Assembly (NCBI GenBank): GCA_043228905.1
Contig: JBHGNT010000005.1
Span: 2,480,001-2,544,000 of the forward strand
Source: Azolla caroliniana
Lineage: Eukaryota > Plantae > Polypodiophyta
DNA length: 64,000 bases
Direction: 5' to 3'
This document shows, one piece after another, positions 24,896 through 39,174 of the stretch. Both the position numbers and the translations under genes were made by a program. The notes under the pieces were generated by a model, which was given only the letters and a program-made list of their open reading frames with translations, was not told where the DNA came from and did no database searches. Within the stretch, counting starts at the first letter, position 1. Each line of letters begins with the position of its first letter.

Positions 24896-27800
24896 CTCTT
24901 TATCTATATATAAATATGTGTGTCTATATATATTTATCTATGATATTCTCCCCGTAGGCCTATATTTGGCGCTCTTAGCTTTTTTAATGTCTCATTGTGT
25001 CTATATATACACAATTGTGACGTTATCATCATTGATCCTATAAACTTGACTTTTCTATCTTTACTTTAATAAAGTACTGATCCTTTAGAAAAACATGACC
25101 TCATTCATTACCATCCACATGTCGGTTTGACATCTTTAATAGAGGGAATGCAAATCCAACCAAAGGAGACATATTTTTCTCCTACAATAATTTTAACTAT
25201 ACTTTGGTGGTGTTTCCTTATTGTTTTGGGAAGATGTATTGGAAATCTAAAAAGTTTGTTTGCTTATTTTCAAAATTACTTGTATGAATGTTTGGTCGAA
25301 GTGTAAGCTCCCCGATGACATTAAAATTAACATTAAAAATGTTCCTATGAAAAGTCATAAGCAACATACAAACATTAGTTCATTTACCATTGTGCTAGGC
25401 TAGGTTGAGATTTAATGTGTTGCAATCTGTTATGCTCCGTTCTTTTTGGTTGGAATAAGTTGTAATCATGTGTTGTGTTCCTTCATGTCTTATTATGTGA
25501 CATTGTTTCAAATTGTGTTAATGTTTCTTGGGTGGTTGCATGTTTGTGCCAACTTGTATTTTCATAATGAAACATGTTGAGAGGTTATTTCAATTAAGTT
25601 TAATGTTGATATAATGAAACATGTCAATGAATTACTCATTATGTATAATTAATGTGGCAGATCACATTGATATCTACATCATAAGGCACATATGTGTCCC
25701 GACTCCCTAACAGTACAATACATGACAATGTAACCAACTACTTCACTCCAATTTACTTATCTAATATCAATTTCCCATTTTTGAATTACATGAGTTACAA
25801 TTTCCTCTTCTTCTGCTCACAATTAAAGGGACATCATATGCTACGCATACAACAATAACCTGGGTACATCCATTTACGATACATGTTGCTAAATCTTCCG
25901 CATTAAGGGTGTAGAAATGTGGGGTGTTATCAATTAATATTAAGAGCATGATGAAAATATCGATGTAACCGACTTTATGATGAGGTAGACAATCATCTCT
26001 CAAATGTGTTGTTTGAGATATGGGAGAACTTGTTGGCAGTAGTCCGTGGCCAGTATGACAATATGCAGGGTTCCCTAGATACTGTGAACAAGAAACAGAA
26101 AAAACTTCTTCACTTATGGAAAAAGGTGCCCCTGTTTACAATGTCAACTCAAGAGCCTCAATGGCAGTATCGACTTCCATGGACTCTTTCTTGAATATCA
26201 ACAAATGTAAACATCCTTTACAAAGTGTGATATTGGGTCTTCTGAGTATTTTACATCATTGTATAACAAAAGTTGTAACCTCCTTGGTAGCTATGTTCAA
26301 GTTGTAGCATCCGGGCGTTTTGTTCGTAATACTATTGAAGAAAATCTTTTATAAAATTATAATAATATTAAGAGCATGATGACTACAAAGTCCGTTGATT
26401 ATAAATCAATTATGAAACAAGGATAAATGGTGGTGCATGAACCTTCAATTTAAGTTACACCTTTTGGCTCTCTATGCAATTTGCATGCATCATGTTGCAA
26501 CTCCCTTTCTTCGCACTCGTACAATTAGATTGGCAAAAAAAAGAAGATAATTAGGTATTTCCTCATTGGATATTAGTTGAGAAAGATACGCATGAAAGTC
26601 TAGATAGATACCAAGTGAGAAACGGATTACAAGAGTAAACCAACTTAATTTCTATTTCACATTGTTGTTTTCATTGTTCTGAGCATGTGAAACAAAAATC
26701 TTGTTACATTTTCAATGAAAAGGATTTTTTCACGATGAATTAAAAACGTATGGTCGAGTCTAGAAGGAAAAGGAAACTAATGTTTTCCTACATCTCATGC
26801 ACACCGCTCCATTGGTGCGTGCACTAATTAAGTATGGATTTGTTATATCAATGTTTCTTTAGTATCCTCATGTTTCCATAGTCAAGTTCCCTTTTTTAAG
26901 ATGAAGTTAGATTATTTCAACTAATTATTATGTTTCCACACCACACATCATGACGGAATATATGTAGCAATTTCCGTTGATATAGATACATCCTCATAAG
27001 CACAATGTATTACGTTGAAAATTGGCAACCTATTGCCTAGCCCCGACTATTGCTTAGAGCTTTGCTTTTTTTGAGCAAAGTTATTTATGAACCACGCTAT
27101 CGCTTTCTACATAAAAAAGTAGAGACAACTTTTTGGAGCATTAAGGCATACCAATAAATAAATAGAATGTTCGAGTGTATTAGCATGTTGAGTTTTCCCT
27201 AAAAGTCATATGAGTGTTCAAAGTTTAACAATAGAAAAGGTCGAAGGAAACATGGTTATAGATTTGGATGAATGACATAGAAGAATTATAGTTGTCTTTT
27301 GTCTTTTCTTATTCAATTTAGCCCCTTGGACTTCTCGATCCCGTTTTGTCCTAAAAAATCTTTAAAACGCAAGACATGTATTGGTTTATTCACAAGACAC
27401 AAGATATCAATTCTAAAATGGAGATACATCTCCAACCGTACTTCTCCCATTGTACATCTACATGCATCTTACATTGTTTCCAAATTGCTCACAAAACATG
27501 TTCATTTTTTGGAGTGAGAAAAGATATCTAGCCATGGTTTTCGTTGTTTAAATTGCTAATAATGTTATGAATGCTAACACAACAATCTATGGAAGGGAAT
27601 TGCTTGTAATTCTCATTCCCATGGACATTCCATGTCTAAGAAAGTCATGTCTTCGTTACACATCTAGGAAAGGTAATATGTTTCCATGATTTGTGATTAC
27701 ATCCACTATTTATACTAAAAAGGAAACACTAAGGAAGAGGTTAGCGACCTCTCACAACAAAATGCTCGCTGCAAATCATATGCGGTGAAAAGGAAAGATA

Positions 27801-29779
27801 AGCTTAAGGATGTATTGGAAGACAAAATGACATGTGAATGGGGATGGTCCTTGAACAAATAGGGACTTGTAAGTTGTGACCTATAGAACTAACATCTTCT
27901 ACGGATGTATTTTGGGAAATGCTACAGAGAACTAAGAAATGCGGGCCTTTACATATATGTAGTAACCAATGAATCAAATATTAACTTCTTGTTGAAACGT
28001 GTGAGCATGATACTCAAAGGATTCAAGGTTAGACCAGTATAACATAACCTCTGCAAAAATTCAAGAAAATAAAGATGACAAGGAGGGGTGACATGTTTGT
28101 TTAAGATGAGCTTGGAATATTGTCTCTATTATAAAAGATGAGGACTCTAAATGCTACATATGACTTAAAATTGTGACATCAAATTACATTCTCACATTTT
28201 TAGTTTCAATGCTTTCCTTATCATGATTCTAGTTTTTATGTTTGTTTAGATAGAGATCAACTTTTTGTCGATCTTAAAGTTGACATGTCTTACTTCAACG
28301 CCAAGGGAGAGACTATTGTCATTGGTGCCATGAATTATCGTAAAAGACTTTTGCAACATGATCCACAACAACCTTTCACGCCACATATCTCAACGATGCA
28401 AGAGAAATAAATGTATACAATAATACATGTATGCTTATTCTTCTATGGATGAAAAATATCTAATGTAAAATATAAAGTTACTTCTACAAATCTGCAATTT
28501 TACCAAAATGTCTATTGCAAATTGTAATATTTTGGAATGATATCAATAATTTTACACGTAGGAAAATAGTGTGATTGGATAGTGAACTCTAGAATTGGAT
28601 CATAAAACAATTTCACTTGGATAGTGAACTTATCAATTGATAAATGGAAGGATTTAAGTGAATGAAGTTGAACTTATTGTGCAAGAGAACAATATTTGTG
28701 CATGGAATTTTGAAGGCCACATATCTGCACCACATGAAATTTTTTAACTTCATAGGATAAGAACCCAATCTACCGTTTTTTTACTAGAACGTTACACACT
28801 AAAGAAAGCTCCAATATCAAACAATTTGATTAGGAGTAACATTTTGACTTATGCAATAAATGGAATGTCTTCGTTCAACCTTTTGATGAAGCAACTTAGA
28901 TTTGGTAAAATTTAACTAAAATGACTAAAGCAAAATATTCAAGTGCTCCTATCACCTTTTACAAATCTTGAGCTATACCCTTTGGTGAGCATATTTCATG
29001 ACCAAAATATGCCTTCCTTGATGTCAATTTTTCACTTTACAATGCAAGAGGCCACTTTAATTGTCCCACACAGATTTGTTAAACATCAGAACCATTCCAT
29101 ACAAGAGACCAATACACAAATAACATTGCCTATCATCTTTCCAAGAGATCAAGAACTTGCCTATGGTTTCTATGTTATTTGTCCTCTCTTAGCAAGGGTA
29201 TATGCAAATTGTAATTCTTTTGAGATCCAAATAAAAAACAAAAACCAGAAAAACACAGCATTTTGTGATCAAAGACAACATGATTGTTGTCTTTAAATAT
29301 TATATCAGAGGCGTCAAACATATCCCACCCATTTGATCACAAATTACTGGTTATGGGTTCACAATGTCGTGTTTATAGAATTATTAACTTATCAATAAAT
29401 TTGACTGGAATAGTGGTGAAGTTTGTGTGTTTCAAGCTTAAGACATAGGTTCATATTTCAGGCAATGGATTTAATGCTATCACCATCATAAAATTTCCTC
29501 ATAGTTTTAGTTTTACATGGTTTGCTACTAATTTTGGTTTATGTGCTAGAATATAGCTAGCCAGGGCCAGGGTATTTAGAGCAAGTATTATGATACAAAC
29601 CATGTTGAACACCAATGAGTTCATTCCCTCCTTGATGGACAAGTTTTCCAAGTGTGTTGTTTTTGGAGAACGAAATAACTCGCAGGGGATTTCGCAAAGA
29701 TAATGGTCATAGTGCAATCAATGCTGCTCTTAATCACCCATCAATTGTGCATAATGTCGTGTGGTTTTTGTAATCTCCA

Positions 29780-32700
29780 CTACGCCGCATCCTCATTGAC
29801 TTCAATAATTTCATTAATGTATGAAACGTTTTGCACTAAGAATGTAGGACTTTCCGTCTTACCAATGCCCGTGAGATGTGCTCTAGCACTCCCCATCCTA
29901 GAGGAACTTGGAGACCCATTAGCAAATCTTGAGGATCCGAACAGATTCCAATACTGTGGCGATGATAATTGAGTGAACTTAGATTTATCTTCAAATAAAA
30001 ATCGAGGATTTTCCAATACCTTCAAGACGTATTGCATGCTCGGTCGTTTCGATGCCTTGTAATTCAAGCAAGCTTTAGCTATAAGAGCAACTGCTAAAAC
30101 CTCTTCTAGGAAGTCTCCTTCTACGACCATGCATGGATCAAGAAGTTGAAATATAGTGTTTTTCTTGTTCATATTTATGAGAGAGATTGCCGACTCAACC
30201 CATGAATCAGTCTGAGAATCATGCTTATCTGTTATACCACATTTCCCTGATATTATACCCAACAAGAGCTTCCCAAAATCATACACATCTTTTGAGCATC
30301 CCATTGCCCCAAACTCTAGAGAGAAAATTTAGTGAAGACAAGGTTAGGAAATCGATAGCCAGAAAATGTTGTTTATAATGCTTGAAAAGAAAGAAGTGTA
30401 ACAATTTACCTCCATCTGCTTGATTGAGAGATCTATTATGCAAAAACAGAAAAAGAAAAAACGAAACGAACAATTAGATTCCTAGGTTCTATGATGTTGC
30501 ATAAATAATCTAAAAATGATTCGTTTATATGCATGTAGTTCAAAAGTGATAAAAGATGTGAACACTGTCTGAATCATTTGTCATTAACTTTACCATATGA
30601 GACGAGGTAAAGATAAGTCTATGTTCTAGGAAATCTTTTCTAGTTTCATGATATACATGAGATGAGGTAAAGAAATGGCAATTCTAAGAAATCTTTTCCT
30701 GTTTCTCAATGCACCAATGCTATATTCACTTGACTAAAGAAAAAAAGCACAAAGTTTGATGTAATGCATTCATAGGTTTTTACATTATTGCTTTTTTACA
30801 AGATTTACACATATTACAAAGTATACTTAACTGAGAAATACCCAAAAGGCATGAAATTAGCCTTGGATGTGGGCCTTTATTCCCTCTCCTAACAGTACTC
30901 AAGCTGCCAATTCGAACTTCAAACATCTCATCTAAGAGAATGCTACTCGCCTTCACATCCCTGCAAATAACCTCCAAAAACCAATTTTATTCAAATATAA
31001 TTATAAGAAAGCAATTTTCTGATCAAGATCCAAAGAAAATACATGAAAAGAAGAGATGGAATCAACTGAAATAAATGTCCACATTCAGATATGTATATAG
31101 CAAGTTTAGTCTTTCGATGTTATCAAGAGTTGTAATAGCAACTATATCACAAAAAGAACCAGTTTATCATATGAGTGGCAGGTTAAAAAGATCAAAATGA
31201 ATATTGAAATCATGGCGCATAAATATATACATATACATGTGAATCTATACATGTAGAATATGGGTTTACACATACATACATACATACATACATACATATC
31301 AACATATGTATGTGTATGAGAAGAGGAAAATTTTGCACTTCTTTGCACAGCAACAAAACATTGGGTTCAATTTAACTGCTCCATTACCACTTTATATGAA
31401 TGTATGGGGGAAACAACTATATGTATGCAATCTTATGAATGGATATAGCCTCACTTCTTCCCAGTAAAGATTTTCTCTAAGAAGCCCACCCTCTTTATTT
31501 GAGCAGGTGAAATATCATGCATAAGCAATCATCATAAGACTAGAAACAAAAATACATTTCTTACCATTTCTAGAACCAGCATCAAAGTGTTTCAACTATA
31601 TGCAGTATCAGCTCTTTTGAGTTTCATCCATATGGAAAGTACAAAGGATGAAATATCAAATAGTACAAGGGTTGTTGAATTGCATTACCTGTGAATGATA
31701 GAAGGAGAGCATTCATGATGCAAATAAACAAGCCCCTCCGCAACGCCAGTAGCAATCTTAAGACGTGTTATCCAATCTAAAGCTATTTTTGGGTTGCATT
31801 TACACATTTTGCTATACATTCCCTTAGTTTGCAGCATAGATGCAAGGTCTCCAAACGGCATATACCTATATACAAGAAATTTCTCGCAGTTACTTGTCTC
31901 TGTGCAATGACCCAATAATGAGATCAACCTTGCATGAGAAGCTTTCCTCAACACTTCTACTTCATTAAGATAAAGCTCCATCATTTTGGTGGTGTATATC
32001 CTCTTCACCACTATCTCTGTACCCCTGTCTAATACACCTTTGTAAAAGCTTCCTGACTGACCATATGCAATGACACACGAACTATCGAATCCATTGGTTG
32101 CTTTATGGAGAGTATCAAAAGAAAAAGTTTCACCCAAAAAGGTGTTATTTGACGGCCATAATACCACACTCGAAACTTTATCAGCCTCGGTTACTATAGT
32201 CTGAGGTTGCACATCCACCTCCAAGTTGTGTTTGAACTTTTGCAAAAAAATCATATACACTCCAGCGATGGCAAGTATACAAGATCCTCCGGTGACACAG
32301 CCTAGGAAGACTATCAGCTTCTCTTTTCTATGTATTTTCTTTTTGTGGACATCTCGAGAAGAGACATTAATATTGTTAGGCACAATACTCTCAGGTAACA
32401 AATCATGCCATGGAAGTTTGTGTTTGCTATAAAACAACCAGCAAGACTTAAAGCTGTGTTGTTTTGGTACCTTAGCAAAACAATTCTTCCTGATACCATC
32501 CAATAAGTAGAAGCGTGGAGGAATATCACCATGGAGAAAATTAAATGAAACATCAAAACTTTGAAACTTAGAGAGATACCCCTGGCTAGAGTACAACCAA
32601 CCATAGAGGAGATTATGAGATAATCCTATGCTGGTTAGATTTGGTAATGCAAGAATCCCTGGTGGCAAAGTACCAGTCAAGTTATTGAAAGATAGTGATA

Positions 32701-33724
32701 GAATCACAAGGTTTTTCAACATGGACAAGGATATGGGAATACCATGGTTGAGCATGTTGTTATCTAAAAGTAAAACCTCAAGTCTAGAGCATTCTGAAAT
32801 GGTAGAGGGAATAGGTCCGGTTAAGCAGTTGTGTCCAAGGTTTAAGTTAGAGAGAGACTCCAGGGAAGAGATTGAATTAGGCAAAGAGCCTGATAAAAAG
32901 TTATTAGAAATATCTAGGTACTCTAAATGTGTCCAATTTTGATGCTGAAGAGGAAGATTTCCTTGTAAAAAGTTGTGACTCAGAGCAAGGTATTGAAGAC
33001 TTGATAGACATCCTATAGACATAGGCAGAGTGCCTTCAAATCCGTTATATGATAAATCCACTGAAAGAAGGTGAGAAGCACACGAGAATAGACTATAAGG
33101 AAGCCATCCTGTGAAAAAGTTGAATGAAAGATTCAGATGCTCAAGGTTGCAAAGGACACCCAATGAAGTAAACACATTGCCACTTAGGTTATTTTGGGCC
33201 AAAGAGAGAAACTTGAGTCTAGTGAGAGTTCCGAATGTTAACGGAAGAGTGCCAGATATAGAAGTCGAGGCTAAATCCAATACTTCAAGTCGCTTAAGTT
33301 TGTTAAATGTTGTCGGGATTGATCCCTGAAACATGTAACCAGAAGCATTAAAACTTCTTAGGAATGGTAGTTCCACAAGGTCCAACACCACCAAATCTAG
33401 TAGAAGAGATTCATTTGTTGATAGAGACTTGGCTACAACGTGTTGTCTCACATCAATTTGTGGTGGAAGTGTGAGAGAAACTACGTGACCTTTGTTGCAA
33501 ACAACTCCAAACCATTGACTGCAAGGGTTTGAATCCCTCGGCCAAACATCATAATCTTCTATCTTCAAGTGCTCTCTCAGCTCCAGTAATGATTGCATCT
33601 CTCTATAATCAATATTCGATCGGAGATTTCCACCTTCTTCTGAATGGCATTGCATTGTAAAGAAACAGCACAACAGAAATGTTTTCCATATGGAAGAAAC
33701 CAGGAATTCCTTGTTATTAACCAT
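29780..33724 (-). CDS. LRR receptor-like kinase, subfamily LRR-XIV (At2g16250-like), ~907 aa
   Basis: Exons 33724-31689, 30960-30832, 30432-30410 and 30315-29780 are in phase and total 2724 nt. The protein has a signal peptide, an LRRNT (WP..SNPCSQWFGVVC), plant LRRs and a TM helix. The kinase has HRDVKASSILLD..FEVRIGSLS and DVY.FGK.LL, the GSL-for-DFG pattern typical of LRR-XIV. Confidence 0.9.
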
Positions 33725-36145
33725 TTGCGCATGATTTATAGAGCAAAAATTTGAAAGTCCATTTTGATAAGAGATTCAAACGCTCAAATAAATCAATGAA
33801 ATCATTGTAATGCTTCAGTTTTGCTGGATCAAATATATCATGAAAGTTGAACGTAAATCCAATTTCCAAACTAAACTAAAGCTTCCCAAACACTTTCTTT
33901 TCCTAAGCGCTTCAAAAACCTAAACAACAAGAATACATCCATGAAACCCTAACTGAAACTTCAATGTGACATAACTAAACCTAATTCCCAAATGACAGAA
34001 AACCCTAAAAAAATCAGAAAAAAAAAACCCATCTTGACAAGTGCTTCAAAACCACAAATATACGTCTATAAAATGAAAAAACTTAACTGAGAGAGACCAT
34101 CTTGAATATCTCTTTACCTCTCTACATGATAAACCCAAAAGGCGATGAAAAGGGTAGAGAGAGAGAGAGAGAGAGAGCGACATACCGTTTACACGTTCTT
34201 CAGTAAAGAAGCTTAAAAGCCATGAATGAAGCAGAGGAGGGAAGACCCGTGAACGCAGAAAAGCAAAGAGAAGAAGAGCACACATTATATGTCGTGAGTA
34301 GTGAAAATGTTCGAGCGCTTTTTCTTTTATCTCCACCAAAATACCCCTCCCCTCGGCTCTTTGCTCACAAAAAAATGCCACTCACCATATATGCGTGAAA
34401 CACCCACGCTTCAATGTGTTTAGTGCCTCGGAAAACATTCACAATTGTAGTATGTTGTAGCAGTATTTCATTCCGCTACCACCACATGTAGAAGCAAAAC
34501 ATGTTCTAGAATCTATAATATAATGGCCCATTTTTAGACCTCCAAAAATTATGAAAGTTACGAGCAATTGAGCAATCTTTCTACACGGGTTTGTGCTACA
34601 TATGAAGTATGTAAACTCCTAAGTGACTAACAACACTTTGTGTTATCGCTCAACCATATGGATATGTAATCTAGATTCATTCATAAGACTGAAGAGGTAG
34701 TAGAGAGTCAAGACAATCAAACAAGGACATATGTTAAAGCATGTTTCTAGGGCTTGCAAGCAACTGACACCATATATCTTGTTAAAAGCATATGCCTTGA
34801 ATGAGAAGTTGCTAATGAAGATTGTCATAGTTTTGCTCAACTATACTTACATGTCTGGCATGGAAATTGAGCACAAGCATCCATACAAGAACTTAGGGGT
34901 ACAAGAGAGGACTTGGTTTGTGTTGAGCTTGAAGTTTGAACCTAAACCAAGGCCCGATGACATGTGTTACACATGAACATTATTAGCTATATGGTTCCAA
35001 AAAGCAAGGAAAGTTGTATATCAATAGAAAAAATTGTACAATAATGGTTTTGTGTTCGAGAAAAATATTACTAGAGTGGTGGTGTACACCAACATTGGGG
35101 GTTGTAACTTGATAGCGTTTTAGTGAATAACACAGTGTACATGTCATAAAATAAATGGCATATACATACGTATATATGCTTATGGTCAATTCTAAGGGAT
35201 CAACACAGTAGTTTATCTATGGTATTGTCTTATACAGTGTCATGCAATAAATCCCATCTGGCTGCAGGAGTCATGCTTCTTTCCCTTGAGATTTCAATTG
35301 GCCAACAATTTTCATGTGTTGATCATAATGGCATGTAAACTCGGTCAATAGTTACTATCTAACCAACTGCAAGGAACAGTAAGATTGTTTTCATACGTTT
35401 CTATCATTTTTCTGTGTTAATTCTTTACCTCAGCTAGGTTTGTTCCACATGATTAATATTTTACGTCTTACAAATCAGATTGAACAAATTCTAATATCAT
35501 TATGGTCATATTCTACGTTCAACCAACATAACTTACAGGTTTCAGATCGCCTCATAATACAATTTACTCCCACATCCTTCTGTACAGATTAAAATTTAAG
35601 TGCATATTCGTATTGTAGGCAGATAAAAACTCGTCAGGTTTACACCTAAAAAACAATTCACTCATACCAAAAACTCTCTTTGAAAATGATAGGAGAGTGA
35701 TGGCATAAGATTTTTATATATATATATATATACAACTTTCAATTTCAAACATAAAAGCTGAAGGTTGGATAGATAATTCAATCAACAGATAGGATCAAAA
35801 TTTGTAGAAAAGAGTAACTTCTGGTGTTTCATCACTGGCAAAAATAGAAACCCTACCCTACCCAAATATAGAGACGGATACAGAGTAGAGAACCAAAAGA
35901 TATGAAGAACCAAGACAATACTTCAGACAGTTTGGCCAAAAAGATCATATATTATGTAACAAAAACCTACATTCGTTAAAAATTTCGAAAGTTTTTCGGG
36001 AGAATATATAACATCTCAAGAGAACAGTTTCCAAATTCAAACGGAATGTGCAAAACCCCTAATAAACATATAAATTATTTGACAGATTTCTTCTTTCCTC
36101 ATTCCTGCTTCGATACCATGATTAAATAAGTCAGGGGAAAAGCAA

Positions 36146-38760
36146 TCAATCCACTTCTTCGATCTTAGGGCCACCACTGCCACCAGAAGGAGGGGCACCA
36201 TACTGGCCTCCCATATCACCATAGCCACCAGCTCCACCCATCGGAATATCATCACCTCCTCCTCCTCCTCCTTGATACATTCGGGCAATGATCGGATTGC
36301 ATACACCCTCTAGTTCTTTCATCTTATCTTCAAACTCTTCCGCCTCAGCCAGCTGATTGTGCTCCAACCACTTTATAGCTTCTTCAACCACATCCTCAAT
36401 CTTCTTCTTATCGGCAGCATCCAACTTCCCTCCTATCTTCTCATCCCTAATGGTATTCCTCATATTGTAAGCATAATTCTCTAAGGCATTCTTCGCCTCT
36501 ACCTTCTTCTTCACTTCTTCATCCTCTGCTTTGTACCTCTCGGCATCTTGAACCATTTTCTCGATTTCTTCTTTGCTCAACCGCCCCTTGTCATTAGTGA
36601 TCGTGATCTTGTTCTTCTGGCCTGTTGTCTTATCTTCGGCAGACACATTCACTATGCCATTCGCATCAATATCAAAGCTAACGGTGATCTGCGGCACACC
36701 TCGAGGGGCAGGAGGAATACCAGAAAGCTCAAATTTCCCCAACAAGTTGTTATCCCTGGTTCTAGTTCTCTCCCCTTCATATACTTGAATGAGGACTCCA
36801 GGCTGGTTATCTGCATACGTTGAGAAGATTTGCTCCTTCTTTGTAGGAATGGTGGTGTTCCGTGGGATAAGGACAGTCATGACACCGCCTGCAGTCTCCA
36901 AACCAAGAGACAGTGGAGTGACATCAAGTAAGAGCAATTCTTGGACCTTCTCATTGCCTTCCCCACTGAGAATGGCAGCTTGGACGGCAGCACCATACGC
37001 AACCGCCTCATCAGGGTTTATACTCTTGCAAAGCTCCTTGCCATTGAAGAAATCTTGCAAGAGTTGCTGAACCTTTGGGATTCTAGTAGAGCCACCCACC
37101 AGCACCACATCGTGGATGGTGCTCTTATCCATCTTGGCATCCCTCAGACACTTCTCCACTGGCTCCATGCACTTCCGGAAGAGATCCATGTTGAGCTCCT
37201 CAAACCTAGCTCTCGTGATGGTGGAGTAGAAATCAATCCCTTCGTAAAGGGAATCGATCTCTATTGTTGTCTGCGCTGTAGATGACAAAGTCCTCTTGGC
37301 TCGCTCGCAAGCCGTCCTCAACCTGCGCAGAGCTCTTGCATTCCCAATTATGTCTTTCTTATACTTCCTCTTGAACTCTTGCACAAAGTGATTCACCATC
37401 CGGTTATCAAAATCTTCTCCGCCCAAATGAGTATCTCCAGCAGTGGCTTTCACTTCAAAGATTCCTTCTTCGATTGTTAGTAAAGACACATCAAAAGTAC
37501 CTCCACCGAGGTCAAAGATGAGAACATTCTTCTCCCCGGTGCTGGAGGTTTTCTTATCTAACCCATAGGCAATGGCGGCAGCCGTTGGCTCATTGATAAT
37601 TCTTAACACGTTCAATCCTGAGATCACACCAGCATCTTTTGTTGCTTGCCTCTGAGAATCATTGAAGTATGCAGGGACAGTAACAACAGCATTCTTGACA
37701 CTCCTCCCTAGAAAAGCTTCAGCAATCTCCTTCATCTTGATCAATACCATGGAAGATATCTCCTCTGCCGCAAATTGCTTCTCTTCACCTTTGTACTGGA
37801 CCACTATCATTGGTTTGTCTCCAGGCCCTGATACTACCTTGAATGGCCATAGCTTCGCATCACTCTGCACTGATGCGTCTGAGAATCTCCTCCCAATAAG
37901 ACGTTTGGCATCTAGAAATCCAATAAAAGCACATGCAGTTCAGCAAATCGGATCAAATTATCGACGGTTTATATAAAAATCTTCAACACGCCATTTAGTT
38001 ATGCAGATCAAGTACTGGTCAGACGTCAGAAACATCCACCTTTAAATAGTTAAAACCAACAACACATGCACACAACAGTTACATTCCTAAAAAAACGCCA
38101 TTGCAGACACCCTAAATCGAAATTTCCCGTCCAATTTTGAAGCTCCTCTAAATTAAACATATTCCCTAAATTCCCCATTTCAAATACAACGCCCTTTAAA
38201 ACTTTCCAGGAAACACCCTCGAAAAGAGCATCAACAAATGAAAAAAACTCACGAAAAGACATACGTGTGCATAACTGCTAAAATATCGCACAATCAATCC
38301 ATAAAACGTCAGCTTTCAGGAAATTACACACAATCCTCAAATACATGCGAGAATACAAGCCCACAGGATCTCAAGCAATGACGAAGACAATTTTATCCAA
38401 ACAAATTGAGAATAAAACACTGTCCGATGACAATTACATGCAGGCACAGGAAGGAACTTAAGAAAAGAGGCACGATGGCGCCAAGAGAAAACAATTAACA
38501 TTGACTGTGATATTTGAATGCAAAGAAGCAGAAGATCCAAACTTACCAAAAACAGTGTTGATAGGATTCATGGCCACCTGGTTCTTAGCGGCATCACCAA
38601 TGAGCCTCTCAGTATCGGTGAAGGCGACATAGGAAGGAGTGGTCCGATTCCCCTGATCGTTGGCAATGATCTCCACACGATCATGTTGCCACACCCCCAC
38701 ACAGGAATAGGTGGTCCCGAGGTCGATTCCGATTGCTGGGCCATCTTTGGTGGCAGCCAT
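36146..38760 (-). CDS. HSP70: Cytosolic HSP70/HSC70, 659 aa
   Basis: Exon 1 is 38760-38547 (214 nt, conserved plant intron after NTVF-D) and exon 2 is 37911-36146. Motifs are [21 protein letters not shown] and C-terminal GPKIEEVD. Confidence 0.97.
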
Positions 38761-38815
38761 TGGAGCTGGGTGTGCAAGGATGGATGGAAAACGCAGAAAA
38801 CAGAGAAGGGAATGT

Positions 38816-38831
38816 AGAGAGAGAGAGAGAG

Positions 38832-38875
<44 letters not shown>
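38816..38875. repeat. Compound (GA)n(GT)n(GA)n microsatellite in the HSP70 5' UTR
   Basis: Directly visible. Confidence 0.9.
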
Positions 38876-38877
<2 letters not shown>

Positions 38878-38957
38878 GAGGCTGAGAGACAGATAAAAGA
38901 GTGTATAGACTGAGATTGATTACTGAGATGAAGAAAACGGTGGCAGCGAAGAAGGCG

Positions 38958-39032
38958 TATATATAGTGCAATGAAAAACGTAATGGTAAGAGCTTTCCTG
39001 AACCTTCTCCTCCTTTCTGGAACCTTCTAGAC
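38958..39032 (-). promoter_or_regulatory. HSP70 promoter: TATA box plus phased heat-shock elements
   Basis: TATATATA lies at ~38958-38965. TTC/GAA units at 38995, 39000, 39005, 39015, 39020 and 39025 (plus GAC at 39030) all fall on one 5-bp register (nTTCnnGAAnnTTCn twice). Confidence 0.85.
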
Positions 39033-39137
39033 AAAACCGGAAAAGAAGAAGGAGGAGGAAACAAAGGGGGTAACGAAGAAATAATAGTATTAAAAATAAA
39101 TCGAAAATAAAAGCAGAATTCTCTTTCTCATACCCTC

Positions 39138-39169
<32 letters not shown>

Positions 39170-39174
<5 letters not shown>

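Noticed and set aside
25740-26340. Possible decayed DNA-transposon coding remnant (similarly 50700-51550 and 43600-44700)
   Set aside because: The composition looks formerly coding, but no motif could be assigned with confidence by eye.
36548-37976. Plus-strand ORFs overlapping HSP70, and similar antisense ORFs over the kinase, RLK and copia genes
   Set aside because: They are antisense shadows of conserved coding sequence.
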